Below, piece after piece: positions 37,800 through 49,034 of a stretch of DNA of 64,000 bases (the stretch's first letter is position 1; each line of letters opens with the position of its first letter). The stretch comes from an uncultured archaeon (GTDB lineage Archaea > Thermoproteota > Bathyarchaeia > Bathyarchaeales > Bathycorpusculaceae), in the NCBI GenBank assembly GCA_963810275.1, contig CAWENF010000021.1, positions 96,001-160,000 of the forward strand, given 5' to 3'. The notes under the pieces were generated by a model. That model was not told where the DNA came from, searched no databases, and worked only from the letters and a program-made list of their open reading frames with translations. Made by a program: the position numbers and the translations under genes.

Positions 37800-39194
37800 T
37801 TATATAGTGCGGTTAACTTCGTTTTCTAGGATTTGTTGCTTTATTTCTTCGGTTAAAGCCGCAAGTTTTTCGCTCAACTCCACTGGGTAAAATGGCGCGT
37901 TAACGAGAGCATGATATTTAAGCGGCAGTTTGGATAGGTTCTCAGCTGCAACATGGCGGATCTTCTCAAGCGCAGGCAAATCATAAACTAACTCGCCGCG
38001 CTCAATCACTTTAACTAGAAGCGGGGTGCCCAAGACGGGTTCATCAGCCAATGCAATCACATCTTTTAAGAAGCTGCCATCAGCATCAAAGATACGGTAA
38101 ACCTGTTTTCTGCCCGGCAAAGTAATCTTGTCTTTGCTAAGCTTCATAATCGGCGTAAAGCTGCCATCGGAGTTCTGAGTTTCGCACAGCTTATAGACAC
38201 CGTCGAGGTAGGGACGGTCGCTACTGGTGCCCATCTTTGTACCCACGCCGAAAGAGTCAATCGGCGCCTCCGAGAAAAGCAGTTCTTGGATTTTATATTC
38301 GTCGAGGTCACCGCTGGCAAAAATTTTGGTGAAGTTCAAACCATGTGAATCAAGTATTATCCTAACTTTCTTGCTTATCTCAGCTAAGTCGCCGCTATCC
38401 AGCCGGACCCCACCAAGCTTGATGCCCTGCGCCATCAACTCTTTACCGACCACCGAGGCTTTCTCGGCTCCGGCAATGTCGTCGTAAGTATCTATCAGAA
38501 GAATACATTTATTGGGGAAAGTTTTGGCAAATGCCCGGAAGGCTTCTATTTCTTTTTGATAAGACATGATGAAGCTATGTGCCATTGTGCCAAAAACGGG
38601 GATTCCGTAAGCCAACCCTGCTAATACATTGCTTGTGCCTTGGCATCCTGCGATATAGCTACTGCGCGCCACTTTAAGCCCTGCGTCAATGCCGGGTTCA
38701 CGGCGCAAGCCGAATTCGATGACGGCTTTACCTTTAGCTGCTTGGATGACGCGGCTGGCCTTGGTGGCAATCATGGTTTGGAGGTTGATGCTGTTTAAGA
38801 GGAAAGTTTCGGCGAGTTGCGCTTCGATGATGGGGGCGGTTATGCGTAGCAGGGGCTCGTTTGGAAAGACTACTGTTCCTTCTGGGAGTGCCCAGACTTC
38901 GCCTGAGAAGCGGAAGTTTTTGAGGTAGTTAAGGAAGTCATTTTTGAAGCCCTGCTTTTTGAGGAATGTGAGATGTTCTTCGGTAAATTTGATGTATTGG
39001 AGGTATCCAAGGGCTTCTTGCAGGCCTGCAAAAAGGAAGTAGCTTCGGTTTTCTGGGAGGCGGCGGATGAAGAGGTCAAAGGTGGCGGTCTCGAAATTTT
39101 TGTTGTCAAAGTAGGCTGCACACATGGCTAGTTCGTAGAAGTCTGTGAAGAGGCTCATGTTCTCCTCTTTTAGGGCATTCAGAAACGGTTTCAT
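37800..39194 (-). CDS. pncB: Nicotinate phosphoribosyltransferase
   Basis: TDFYELAM, EFGLRR, GTMAHS, LIDTYD, VRLDSGD, FGVGT. Confidence 0.97.
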   Translation of the reverse strand: MKPFLNALKEENMSLFTDFYELAMCAAYFDNKNFETATFDLFIRRLPENRSYFLFAGLQEALGYLQYIKFTEEHLTFLKKQGFKNDFLNYLKNFRFSGEVWALPEGTVVFPNEPLLRITAPIIEAQLAETFLLNSINLQTMIATKASRVIQAAKGKAVIEFGLRREPGIDAGLKVARSSYIAGCQGTSNVLAGLAYGIPVFGTMAHSFIMSYQKEIEAFRAFAKTFPNKCILLIDTYDDIAGAEKASVVGKELMAQGIKLGGVRLDSGDLAEISKKVRIILDSHGLNFTKIFASGDLDEYKIQELLFSEAPIDSFGVGTKMGTSSDRPYLDGVYKLCETQNSDGSFTPIMKLSKDKITLPGRKQVYRIFDADGSFLKDVIALADEPVLGTPLLVKVIERGELVYDLPALEKIRHVAAENLSKLPLKYHALVNAPFYPVELSEKLAALTEEIKQQILENEVNRTI

Positions 39195-39541
39195 GGTTAT
39201 GTAGAGTTAGTGTTTGTGATTTAATTCTTTTCGGAGATTCAAAAATTGAATAATACGGAAAACGCGAGCTTTTTTGGTGTTCTAAGAGTTATTTATAAAA
39301 CCGTACAAAGCGCGACTTTGGTTAAAGGACGGCTATGCAGCTACTGTAACTATTGAACATGTGTTTTGCAATTGGGAAATCTTCATTGCGCTCTTAATAG
39401 TGTGACTTTAGCTTTCGAATTCCGAAACGGAAAAATCGAAGGAGACAACTAAGTCCAAAAAGCCTCATGCTTTAAGGCGTCAAGGACAACTTAAAAGAGG
39501 ATGCAGCTACATGGGCTTCATACCATAATAAACCATGTTTT

Positions 39542-41635
39542 TTAACGTTCTATTGAGATTTTGCTTATTCCAGCTTCTTTTTCCAAAACAACGACGTGGT
39601 CGCCCTTTGCCGCAAAAGCTTCGCTATGAGTGACAGCAATAATCTGCTCGATAGCTTTGAATCGGCTGATTGCCTCTGCCAACCTCTCGATGCTTCCGTC
39701 TTCGCTGCCTAAGTTCTCAGTAGGCTCATCCAACATAAGCATACTCAACCCATGCCCCGTGCGGCTTTGCATAATAAGCTGTCCCAAACCGAGACGGTAC
39801 GCAAACGCCAGCAAAGTACGCTCGCCCCCAGAGAGGTTGCTAACTTCACGGTTTACGCCTGCCTCGCTTTTTACATAAGGAGTGTAGCTTTCGTCAATAA
39901 CCACGTTAAGCATTTGGGTTTCGCCTCCTACGAGGCTGTCAAGCACTTGTTGTACAAAGTTTTGCAGTACCTTGACGAATTCCATGCGTAGTTTAGGCTG
40001 GATACTTCGGTAGGCGTCTCTGATAGCGCTTAGCAACTCGACGGTGAGGCGGATTTTGTCCATGCGCTCCAGCTTCTGCTGCGCTTGGTCTATGCGGTCT
40101 TTGGTGTCGTCTAAGCGGCGGGCTAAGTCGGCTTTTCGGTTCTGCTTAGTCTTCAAATCGGACTGCACGGCATAGTATACCTGCATTGCTTGGTCTTTCC
40201 GGATTTTAGATGCCTGCAACTCGTCAAAGTTAAACCCTACGATTTCCGCTTGGAGTTTTTCAAGTTTGATACGTTGGTCAGCTTCAACCCGACGTTGAAC
40301 CTCAAGACGGTCGTTTAGCTTCTTGAGGTTGCTTTCCTCTTCGGCGATACGTGCTTTGAAGTCCCCGCTTCGGGCGAGGCATTGCTGGAGGCTGCTGATG
40401 GCTTCCGAAGCGTCACGTTTGTTTTTTTGCAATTCAGCTGCATCTATTCGGAGGCGGTTTACGAGTTTTTCCCGCTCGTCATTATCGTGTTGGATGCTAT
40501 GTAACAGGTCAGTGCGATAATCGCCACTTAGTGCCTGGCTGCATAGTGGGCATTCCCCGCCTCCGGTACCCAGCTGCAACATGCGTTTTTGGTCCTGCTG
40601 GAGGCTGCGACTAGTGGCTTCCTGCTCAGCGCGAAGGGAAGTGATTTTTTCATCAAACCCAGCAAGAAGCGTGTTCAGCTGGTCAAGCTGTTGACATGAT
40701 GGCAACCCAGCTTGCTCCAGTTTGGTGGTGCATAGCTTGATTTGGCTATCCAGCGAGGTTTGCCGCTGCAGAAAGTTGCTGATAATAATTTTTTTGCCCT
40801 CAACCTGCTCAGCCAAATCCGCTACAGAGCGGGCAGTGTTGGTAAGATTGGCGCTTAAGCGTGCTTCTTGACGTTTAAGCTCCTCCATAGCTTGCTTTTT
40901 GTCCTCCAGCCGCTTCAGCTCAGTCTCCGCTTCGTCCCAGCCGTTTTTGGCTCTGGAAACTCGCTGCTCAGCCGTTTCAAGGTCCATCTCGAGCCCCATA
41001 AATTCCTCGCTGGCTCGGTTGTAGTCAGCGTTAAGTTTTTCAATGCTGTTGACGTCAGGGTCTTTTTGAAAGAAGCTCAGCTCATTTTCATAATCTCGCC
41101 TATACTGTGCAAGATGGGTCCATGCGACTTCGTAGTCAGCTAGCCCGAACAGTTGGTCAAGGCGTGTTTGCCGGTCTCTTGGTTTGGCGTCGAGGAGCTC
41201 CTTAAGGTGTTCCTGCCTGAACCAAACGATTTCTCGGTACAATTCCCTGTCTAAGCCAGTTATAGCTCGGAGTTGCTCGGCGATGGCGTCGGTTTTCATG
41301 CTTGCCACAAGCTGCTCGTCCTCGTAGAGTTTGAGTTGCTCGATATCTTGCAGTATGCTCTTACCTCTCCGGCGCAGTCCGCGAGTGAGTTTGTAGATGT
41401 TTCCGTTCTGAGTGAACTGCAAAGTAACCTTGCAGCAATCACAACCTTCTCGCAGTAGGTAATCAAACGTTCTGCCGCTCACAATATCGCCAAACAGCGC
41501 AAAGTCTATTGCATATAGCAGGCTAGATTTGCCGCATCCAACGCCGCCCACGACGCAGTTGAAGCCATGCGAGAAGAGCACGGTTGATTTGGTGTGACTT
41601 CGGATGCTTTCTAAGACTAGGGCGTCGATTTTCAC
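39542..41635 (-). CDS. rad50: Rad50/SbcC-type SMC-like ATPase
   Basis: Walker A GGVGCGKSS, coiled coil with CPLC zinc hook, LSGGE, LDEPT, VTH. Confidence 0.93.
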   Translation of the reverse strand: MKIDALVLESIRSHTKSTVLFSHGFNCVVGGVGCGKSSLLYAIDFALFGDIVSGRTFDYLLREGCDCCKVTLQFTQNGNIYKLTRGLRRRGKSILQDIEQLKLYEDEQLVASMKTDAIAEQLRAITGLDRELYREIVWFRQEHLKELLDAKPRDRQTRLDQLFGLADYEVAWTHLAQYRRDYENELSFFQKDPDVNSIEKLNADYNRASEEFMGLEMDLETAEQRVSRAKNGWDEAETELKRLEDKKQAMEELKRQEARLSANLTNTARSVADLAEQVEGKKIIISNFLQRQTSLDSQIKLCTTKLEQAGLPSCQQLDQLNTLLAGFDEKITSLRAEQEATSRSLQQDQKRMLQLGTGGGECPLCSQALSGDYRTDLLHSIQHDNDEREKLVNRLRIDAAELQKNKRDASEAISSLQQCLARSGDFKARIAEEESNLKKLNDRLEVQRRVEADQRIKLEKLQAEIVGFNFDELQASKIRKDQAMQVYYAVQSDLKTKQNRKADLARRLDDTKDRIDQAQQKLERMDKIRLTVELLSAIRDAYRSIQPKLRMEFVKVLQNFVQQVLDSLVGGETQMLNVVIDESYTPYVKSEAGVNREVSNLSGGERTLLAFAYRLGLGQLIMQSRTGHGLSMLMLDEPTENLGSEDGSIERLAEAISRFKAIEQIIAVTHSEAFAAKGDHVVVLEKEAGISKISIER

Positions 41636-42855
41636 TTTAACAGCTCCTCGATTTGCCGCTTGATTTTTTCTTCCTGCTTGCGCTTTAGTGGTTCGATTAA
41701 TTCTATTGCGTCTTTGGCGATTTGCTCGGCTTGATCTTTTCCGTACCGGTCAGCGAAAATCTCGACGAAGTAGTCGTGGGCTTTGGTTTTAAGGTCTTTA
41801 AAATCGCCTTCGAAAATGGAGCGCACAACCTCGTCGGAAACAGCAGTCTCTTTCAGCTGCATATTTGGGTTTACAAGCAGAGCTTTTTGGGCAGCTAACC
41901 GAATTCTTGGCACTTCGATTTCGGTGCGGCTGGCTTCCGCAGGTAAAGTGCCTTTCAAAACTGGAATGATGACTGCGTCAGCTTCATCGGCTTCCTTAAC
42001 CATTTGCACCGCAAGCTCGGTGATTTTAGCCGTCGACATCCCGGTGAAGTCGTATTCTAAGACGATAAATCTGCGTGGAGAGGTCAACTCGACGAGTTCG
42101 GGGGTTGCTTTGCCTTCTTCGTTAACTTGGACATAGTAGAAGCCTTTGATGATGGCGGCCTCATCTGCGCTTACAGTTTCGGTGCAACCACTATACACGA
42201 GCAAACCGCCTTTGAAGTAGCCCATGAAGCGGTCATGGATGTGTCCTGCTGCATAATAGCAAAAGCCATCTGGTAATTCACTGGGTAAAAGTTCTGATTC
42301 TATGTAGGGCGGCTTAACATCTGGCAGGTCAATGGTTCCATGGAACACAAAGATGTTCGCAATGCCTGTTTGAGGTTGCGGGGGGTTTTCCTCCATGAAT
42401 TTAGGCAGCGCCTCGGCGGTTTTGTTACGGTTGTGATAATTTGGGATTCCGTACACGTAGCACTTGTCGGGGATACCCCAACATGCCCCCCGATGCCGGG
42501 GCAAATGATAGATTAAGCCTGCGCTGTCTAGAGGGTAAAGAATTGTGCTGGTTATAGTGTTTGGAGCGGAGTCATGGCTACCGTCCACAGTTAACACAGG
42601 GATGCCTGCGTCTTTGAGCCGCTTAAAGCTGCGGATGGTATTTTCTAGCGTGTGGTTTGTGGGGCGGGCTTGATGGAACAAGTCACCTGCGATAATCATA
42701 AAATCAGGCTTAAGTGCAATGGTTCTGTCCACAAGTTCGCTAAAGGCGTTGTCAAAGTCTTGCCTACGCTGCTCAAGGCCATACTGTGAGTAGCCTAAGT
42801 GTAAATCGGATGCGTGGACAAAACTAAACGGCTTCAGCTGACATACTCCCCTCAA
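41632..42855 (-). CDS. mre11: Mre11/SbcD nuclease
   Basis: SDLHLG, AGDLF, GSHD, GHIH; GTGA overlap with rad50. The true start may be the CTG at 42837. Confidence 0.93.
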   Translation of the reverse strand: MRGVCQLKPFSFVHASDLHLGYSQYGLEQRRQDFDNAFSELVDRTIALKPDFMIIAGDLFHQARPTNHTLENTIRSFKRLKDAGIPVLTVDGSHDSAPNTITSTILYPLDSAGLIYHLPRHRGACWGIPDKCYVYGIPNYHNRNKTAEALPKFMEENPPQPQTGIANIFVFHGTIDLPDVKPPYIESELLPSELPDGFCYYAAGHIHDRFMGYFKGGLLVYSGCTETVSADEAAIIKGFYYVQVNEEGKATPELVELTSPRRFIVLEYDFTGMSTAKITELAVQMVKEADEADAVIIPVLKGTLPAEASRTEIEVPRIRLAAQKALLVNPNMQLKETAVSDEVVRSIFEGDFKDLKTKAHDYFVEIFADRYGKDQAEQIAKDAIELIEPLKRKQEEKIKRQIEELLK

Positions 42856-43501
42856 TCTCTTGCTTTTTGATTGGTTATTTACCTATTAAGTGTTCTCAAA
42901 AAACCTCTGTGTCAGCTTTTTTTAATAACTAAGAAAAAGAGGGTTGCCGCCCTATTCATCTGTATTAAGTTCATCGAATTCCTGAAGTGTGTAGAACTCT
43001 GTCTTCTTTACGTCAAAAAAATTCACGTAACAATAAAAGAAGCAAAGAGCTCCCTGCAAAAATTGCAGTTTATTCTTTGTTTAAAGCATAAACTATATGA
43101 GAGAACAACAAGTGATTTAGGTGCTGTTGTTGTTCTATCAGATGCTTAAGCCTGAATGCCTTTTAATATATTAGAGGACCCAAATCGTTTCAATTAAGAA
43201 AAATAAAAAATCAATTTTTATTTGTTTAATTTTAATTCCAACTAAACAAACCGTTTAAGCAGTGAAAGAAGAAGCACCAAATTTCCAAAATTCTTAATTT
43301 AAACAGTCTGAAGTTAAAAAAACCTATGTGAATTAGATAGTCACCTCTTTTTTAACTCTTTTTCGGTGCTTTCTTGCTAATAGGTTAATTTTTTTGGGTT
43401 GAGTTGAGTAGAAAACGGGAAGAAAACATAAAAAGTGAGTATCATTTTGGCGTAAAAATATAAGATACCACCCGCATTAATTCGGAAAAGGTGCCAAACT
43501 T

Positions 43502-44338
43502 ATGAAATGCCAAGTCTGCGGTACAGAAACCATGATGCCGTTCCGTTGCCCATTCTGCGGTGGACAATTCTGCAGCCAACACCGCCTACCCGAAAACCAC
43601 AAGTGCATAGGAATCAGCCAAGCCCGCAGCCAAACCCAAGCCAGAGTCATTACTCAAGATAGCTACAATAACTACAACTACAGCTACGTTTTTGGGCAAC
43701 CCACTCAACGTAAGTACCACATTCGGTGGAGCCAAAAAGAAGTCAAACACCTTGGCATCGCAGCGGCTCTAGTCATCGGTGTAGGCTACTCAATGGCATT
43801 CGTTTTAGGCGGTTTCGGGCCGCTGAACTTCCCAAACCCTCTTATAATGTCGCTATTCGCATTGATTTTAACAGCGTCTTTTCTGACTCACGAAATCGCC
43901 CACAAATTTTTTGCGCAAAAAGCAGGAATGTGGGCGGAGTTCCGCTTAACCACATTGGGCGCTGTTTTAACGTTAGCAGCGGTGTTTTTGCCGTTCAAAA
44001 TAATTGCGCCCGGCGCCATGATGATAGGAGGCAATGCACCAACAGCCAAGGATATGATAAAAATCTCAATCGCAGGAGTCATAACTAACATAGTATTCGC
44101 AGTGGTGTTTATTGGCTTAGCGTTGCTAGTTCCACCTGTAAATGCTACCTCTTTCTTCTGGTGGCTAATGCTGATGCTAGCGGCCTACATCAACGCGTTC
44201 ATCGCAGTCTTCAACATGATTCCCTTCGGAGTCTTTGACGGGTACAAAATCTTTATGTTAAACAAGAAGCTTTGGGTGGCAACGGTTATCCCAGCCGCAG
44301 CCTTAACAGCCATAACCGGTTGGATACTCTTTGCTTAA
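43502..44338 (+). CDS. AN1-type zinc finger fused to a site-2 (M50) membrane protease
   Basis: CQVC..PFRCPFCGGQFCSQHRLPENHKC; HEIAH; FNMIPFGVFDG. Confidence 0.92.
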   Translation: MKCQVCGTETMMPFRCPFCGGQFCSQHRLPENHKCIGISQARSQTQARVITQDSYNNYNYSYVFGQPTQRKYHIRWSQKEVKHLGIAAALVIGVGYSMAFVLGGFGPLNFPNPLIMSLFALILTASFLTHEIAHKFFAQKAGMWAEFRLTTLGAVLTLAAVFLPFKIIAPGAMMIGGNAPTAKDMIKISIAGVITNIVFAVVFIGLALLVPPVNATSFFWWLMLMLAAYINAFIAVFNMIPFGVFDGYKIFMLNKKLWVATVIPAAALTAITGWILFA

Positions 44339-44344
44339 AAGCGT

Positions 44345-44509
44345 CTATTCCCTCTTACGAAGGGCAAGTAATGGTTAACGGTGTAGTTGTAGGTGTAGCC
44401 ATGCCCGCCGTGTTGTAGGTGTAGTCGCCAACCTTGTTTTTCCCACTCTATTATTGTCGGAGCCATATTATCGTGATCAGTTAATAAAAATCAAATGCCA
44501 TTCCTTCAA
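44345..44509 (-). pseudogene. Remnant of a small DUF4177-like gene
   Basis: Fragments LKEWHLIFI / TDHDNMAPTIIEWEKQGWRLH / YNTAG / VNHYL.F in shifting frames. Confidence 0.35.
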
Positions 44510-44599
44510 AACAAGTACACTCCTAAACGTAAAGGTTTACAAGTGAAAATTTAAGCTAAACGCTAAAAAGGAAAAATAAAATTAAAACAAAAGAGTGGT

Positions 44600-44908
44600 T
44601 TAGATGAGTTCGATTGTAACGTGCACTTCTTCTGGGACACGGATACGCATGATGCGACGCATGACACGCTCTTCAGAGTCTATGTCGATTAAGCGCTTGT
44701 GAATGCGCATTTCCCATCTGTCCCAAGTGGCAGTTCCTTCTCCGCATGGGGTTTTAAGAGTTGGAACACGTAGGCGTTTAGTCGGTAACGGCACTGGACC
44801 GTTCATTTTTACACCTGTTTTTTGGGCGATGCTTCTGAGTTCTCCGCAAACCTCTTCCAGTTTCTCGTAATCAGTGCTTGTGAGGCGTATTCTTGCTTTT
44901 CTAACCAT
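44600..44908 (-). CDS. rps10p: 30S ribosomal protein uS10
   Basis: [39 protein letters not shown]. Confidence 0.98.
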   Translation of the reverse strand: MVRKARIRLTSTDYEKLEEVCGELRSIAQKTGVKMNGPVPLPTKRLRVPTLKTPCGEGTATWDRWEMRIHKRLIDIDSEERVMRRIMRIRVPEEVHVTIELI

Positions 44909-45097
44909 ATCGGTCCATCAATCCATTGTTTTGCCGTTTAATATACGTTGGTGCACCTATGAGACTTAATTGGGTAATAAAAACCTATCTCTCGGATTTT
45001 TTTTCTTTGCCGTCCACCTTTTTCCCTAACTAATCCATATAGAATGGACGCCAAAAGTACATCAACACCAACGCAGATATATCAAGCGGGAAAAAAC

Positions 45098-45523
45098 ATG
45101 GCTGAATCACCAACAACCACCATCAAACTACTTGAAGGCTTCAAATTCAAAGCCGAATTCGACAACAACCTCCCAAGTATAGTCATAGACGAACTGGCGC
45201 CTTTAGGCACAAACGAAGGCCCAACTCCTACCCGGTTGCTCTCAGTCGCCATAGGGCACTGCCTCAGCTCCAGCATGTTGTTTTGCCTGCACAAAGCCCA
45301 CATCAAAGTCCAAGACTTACAAACCACCATAAAAGCAAACGTACAGAGAAATCAAGATGGCTACCTCCGAGTTGAAAACATAGATGTATCAGTAAAACTG
45401 GAGGTTGCAGAGGAAGATAAGCCACGGCTTCCCCGTTGTCTCTCCCTTTTTGAAAACTACTGCACGGTCACGCAGAGCGTGCGGCAAGGCATCAGAGTCA
45501 ATGTAGACGTCGCCGATCCCTAG
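45098..45523 (+). CDS. OsmC-family protein
   Basis: DE..PLG.NEGPTP..LL..AIGHCL...FENYCTVTQSV. Confidence 0.92.
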   Translation: MAESPTTTIKLLEGFKFKAEFDNNLPSIVIDELAPLGTNEGPTPTRLLSVAIGHCLSSSMLFCLHKAHIKVQDLQTTIKANVQRNQDGYLRVENIDVSVKLEVAEEDKPRLPRCLSLFENYCTVTQSVRQGIRVNVDVADP

Positions 45524-46938
45524 AAACTGTCGGCAAAGCCTTTAGTTACTTCTTTAGCGGATTGCGCTAGGGGGTGCTCAATCTTCACAGGTTCCTGCAT
45601 TTTTCGCAGGCGGGCTATTCGGAAGTAGATGGGCGGGTGAGCGTCCATGCTAAGCCACTCTTGGATGCGGAAAGTCGCTATGCGCTCGTAGAGGAGGCGT
45701 TGGAAGCCTATTTTCTCAAGCGCCGATGCCAACACTTGCGGTTGTCCAATAATCATCGCCGAATACAAATCAGCACGGGCTTCAAAGAACTTGGCCACGA
45801 AATAAGTCAAAGTAAGCAAGCCCCATAGGTAAATGAACAATAATAGAAAAGAGGTAGGCGGGAATAACCCGAAAATCACATAAAACCAAAATAAATACTG
45901 AATCGCCGATAAACCGTACAGCCAAAGCGGGTCGCGGCCCTTTAAGTGTCCAAACTCGTGCCCCAACACTGAAATGATTTCCTCATTGCTCAGTTGCAGA
46001 AAAGTTCCTGTGGTAATGAGCACTACGCCTCGGCGGGGGCTGGGTCCTGAAGCTGCGGCATTGGGTAGCAAAGTGTTAGAAATCACGATTTCGGGCACAT
46101 CGTAACCGAATTTATCCGCCGTAGTTTTAACAATGTCGTAGACGTTGACTTTTTTTGCAATCAAGTTTTCGTTTTGACAGTTTATGCCGTACTGGGCAAA
46201 TATATCATGTGCTATTGAGCAGTTTAGTTCGCCATTCTCTGCAATGGTACGCTGGTAAATATCGTGTTTAAGGTTCCTTATGGATTCTTTGGACATTTTT
46301 TCAACAGGGTTCTCTTCGTTGGGCGAAAGCGGATACTGCAACACATGGATATAGGGGTTTTTTTTGTTAATGTGCCAGTCAGCGGTTCGAGCTATGATTT
46401 TGTTGGAGTAAAAAACGAATACAAATTGTACCGCAAGCAAAATGATAGGAACCAGCGGACCGATGAAGAAGAACAAGACTACTCCCAAGGCCATGAAAGA
46501 TCCTATGAGGATAATTTGGGTTTCAAGAAAAATCCTGCGTAGCGACTTATTTTCTTTGCCTGAGACCTCTTCAGGTACGACTTTTTCGCCTTCTCTCCAT
46601 GCAAAGTATAGGCTGTTTTTTCGGATGCGGTCCTCGAACATATTCACAGCTATGGTTACGTCTTCTTGTGCCTTAGTTATTTCGCCTTCTGAGACTTCTA
46701 CGGCAAGGGGTAAAACATTTATGGTTATGGGGTCGTCGCCTGAGATGGTGACGTGCAAATGACGATTTTTAGTTGGGCCCAGAACTGTGTAGCTGAGAGC
46801 ATATGGAGCTCTGGTTATTTCGGTGAATCGTTCTTTTTGGGTGGTGAGGAACATTTGTTCTATGAAAACGTATAGTTTACCCATGTAACTTTGAGGAATT
46901 TCAGGAATAACTGTCTGTGAGGATGAATTGCTTATCAT
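45520..46938 (-). CDS. M48 (HtpX-like) membrane metalloprotease with long N-terminal extension
   Basis: PNAAASG, VLGHEFGH, FEARAD, ALEKI, HPP..RI. Confidence 0.92.
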   Translation of the reverse strand: MISNSSSQTVIPEIPQSYMGKLYVFIEQMFLTTQKERFTEITRAPYALSYTVLGPTKNRHLHVTISGDDPITINVLPLAVEVSEGEITKAQEDVTIAVNMFEDRIRKNSLYFAWREGEKVVPEEVSGKENKSLRRIFLETQIILIGSFMALGVVLFFFIGPLVPIILLAVQFVFVFYSNKIIARTADWHINKKNPYIHVLQYPLSPNEENPVEKMSKESIRNLKHDIYQRTIAENGELNCSIAHDIFAQYGINCQNENLIAKKVNVYDIVKTTADKFGYDVPEIVISNTLLPNAAASGPSPRRGVVLITTGTFLQLSNEEIISVLGHEFGHLKGRDPLWLYGLSAIQYLFWFYVIFGLFPPTSFLLLFIYLWGLLTLTYFVAKFFEARADLYSAMIIGQPQVLASALEKIGFQRLLYERIATFRIQEWLSMDAHPPIYFRIARLRKMQEPVKIEHPLAQSAKEVTKGFADSF

Positions 46939-47146
46939 AATAAAGACAGTATATAATTAAAGTAGGAGGTTCTTTATAAGTCAACTACTTGAGTAAATTG
47001 AAGGCTTCTAAACCACTTGCACGGTTAAACGCGCACCAACAGGTGAAAAAATAACAAACAAATCATAAAAAGAGTTCTAATCGCCGCACTCTCGACCACC
47101 AACCTAAACTGCTGAATTCATCTGCAGAAGAATGCGGCATGCATCT

Positions 47147-48641
47147 TCATGCATTTCCATTTTTAATTTTCAGAATTTTAGATTTCGCCAGCGCTACTTT
47201 GACGTCTTTGCCTTCACTGACTTTAATTCCGTAAGCCTTGGCGTATTTGCGTGCGTTGGGGGTTAAACCGGGGATTGCAAAAAGCAAGAAGTGATTTTCT
47301 ATATCGCTTATTTTGCAATATATGAGCGTTATCTCTGGGAGACTTACGAGTTTGCTGGAGGCAAGCACTTCGACAACGGTGTTGCCATTGTCGCATCTAC
47401 TTGTAGAGGCGCTGGTGTTTTGAAGTTCGTTTTCAACCCAGCCGACCTTACCAAAAACGAGCATATCAAAGACGTGTTGAGTGCCTGATTTACCGCTAAC
47501 GTATGCTGGTGCAACAGTGACGTAGCCCATTGACTTGAAAAACTCAGAAATTTGTTCTATACGTTTGATATTTTGGAGTTCCTCGAGGAATATCTGTGGG
47601 TTGGCAGTGTATTTGTAGAGTAGAATTTCGGGTTCATCATCAAAATCTTCGGAGGCTAAGCATTCACTGCACTTAACAATCAACCTCGGCTGGTTGTTGA
47701 GGGCGTTGCAGGCTAAGCATTTGTAGGCGGAAGGTAAAACAGAGTAAGCTGAACCTATAAGGTTTAATTTAGTTTTGCATTTGGGGCAAACCAAGTGGCC
47801 GTTTGGAGTTTCAAAAGCGTTTTGGCGGTCTACAGAACCACAGGATAAATGCTCAATTAAAGCCTCTTTGCACTCCGCAGAGAACGACACTCTGGGCAAG
47901 ATTTAATCACTCGAACCTTGGCTGAATAACAATCTCTACACATAATTATTTTATCAATTAAATCTGCCTTTAGGAACTTTTTTTGTAACAATGCATCGAG
48001 AATTTGACCAGTGTGTTTTGTGGTCCAATCAAGTTGGGGAATATCAAAGAAGTATCCTTCTGGTTTGTCGGTATCGACTTTGGGGACAATTTGGCTGACT
48101 TTCTCGTAGAGAAACAGCTCAATTATACTGCGCTTGTCTCTTCGTAAATTGTGGTCGTCTTTGGCGACTGGTGATTCCGCACTATCGTCTTTTTAGAGAA
48201 TTTTGTTGTTTGCATAGCTTTGTATATGGTAATTTTAGCATCGGAATCTGCTGTTTTGGACTTTAGTGGTTTTCGTTTAAGCTGGATGGTAGTTACTCCA
48301 TATGCAGTACTAAAGCCTAAACATAACCCAACCTCAAGCATACCCAACGGAACCAGCGTTGCCGCGATTTGTGAGTTGTATTTTATGAGGTCTACTTCCA
48401 CATCTTGGAATATTAAAGCGAAATTTCCCATGAAATCAAAATTGAAAAGGTAATCAGTTAGAATGTAAGTTAAAAAGAATGTAACGATTAAGCCGGCAAC
48501 ACCCACTGCACCGGCGAAAACAATTAGTGGAATTGGTTTGTAGCTCCGCTGCTTAACAGGCGCAAAATTGAAAGCCAATCCCACAACGAAGACTATCGCC
48601 AGGATTACAATTGGAGCAATTAAAGAGACAACGGTCAGAAT
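47147..48641 (-). pseudogene. Membrane-anchored TackOD1-like multi-Zn-finger protein with C-terminal restriction-endonuclease-like domain, split by two frameshifts
   Basis: Three consecutive frames: TM N-terminus; middle IIELFLYEK..CRDC..CPEC; C-terminal IEHLSCG..CPKC..CLAC..CSEC..GKSGTQHVFD. Breaks near 48190 (A5 run) and 47870. Confidence 0.75.
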
Positions 48642-49034
48642 ATAGCGACCTCCAAATATGGTTTTCTCGGTTTTGACTTTGTGGTAGCTTCTGGAATTTA
48701 ACTCTAAGGTTGAGTTTGCAATCATCGTTTGTTTCTCCGGATGCGTGCGTTTGCCTTAACAATCAACTTGACTTAGACAGGGAGCTTTCGAACCTTAGGT
48801 ATATTGTTGAGCTTGCGCAAAGCTTCAATAGACACCAAAGTAAGCGTCCATAGCATTGTAGCAGTGTAATCGCTGAAGGCAACCGTTACCTCTCCGCATT
48901 GAGGTCATATCTCGAAAGTTAAGGGTTTTTGAAAAGAATAATTGGCATGTTTTGCAAGGCTAAATTGTTCACTTTGCAAAGGCAAAGTCGCTAATTCAAA
49001 CACGGCTTCGCTAAGTGAAAATTAACTTCATTGA

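Noticed and set aside
39335-39510. 10-bp direct repeat ATGCAGCTAC
   Set aside because: Too short and without associated structure; plausible by chance.
42871-43149. 92-aa ORF in the AT-rich gap upstream of mre11
   Set aside because: Low-complexity AT-rich translation lying over the probable promoter region.
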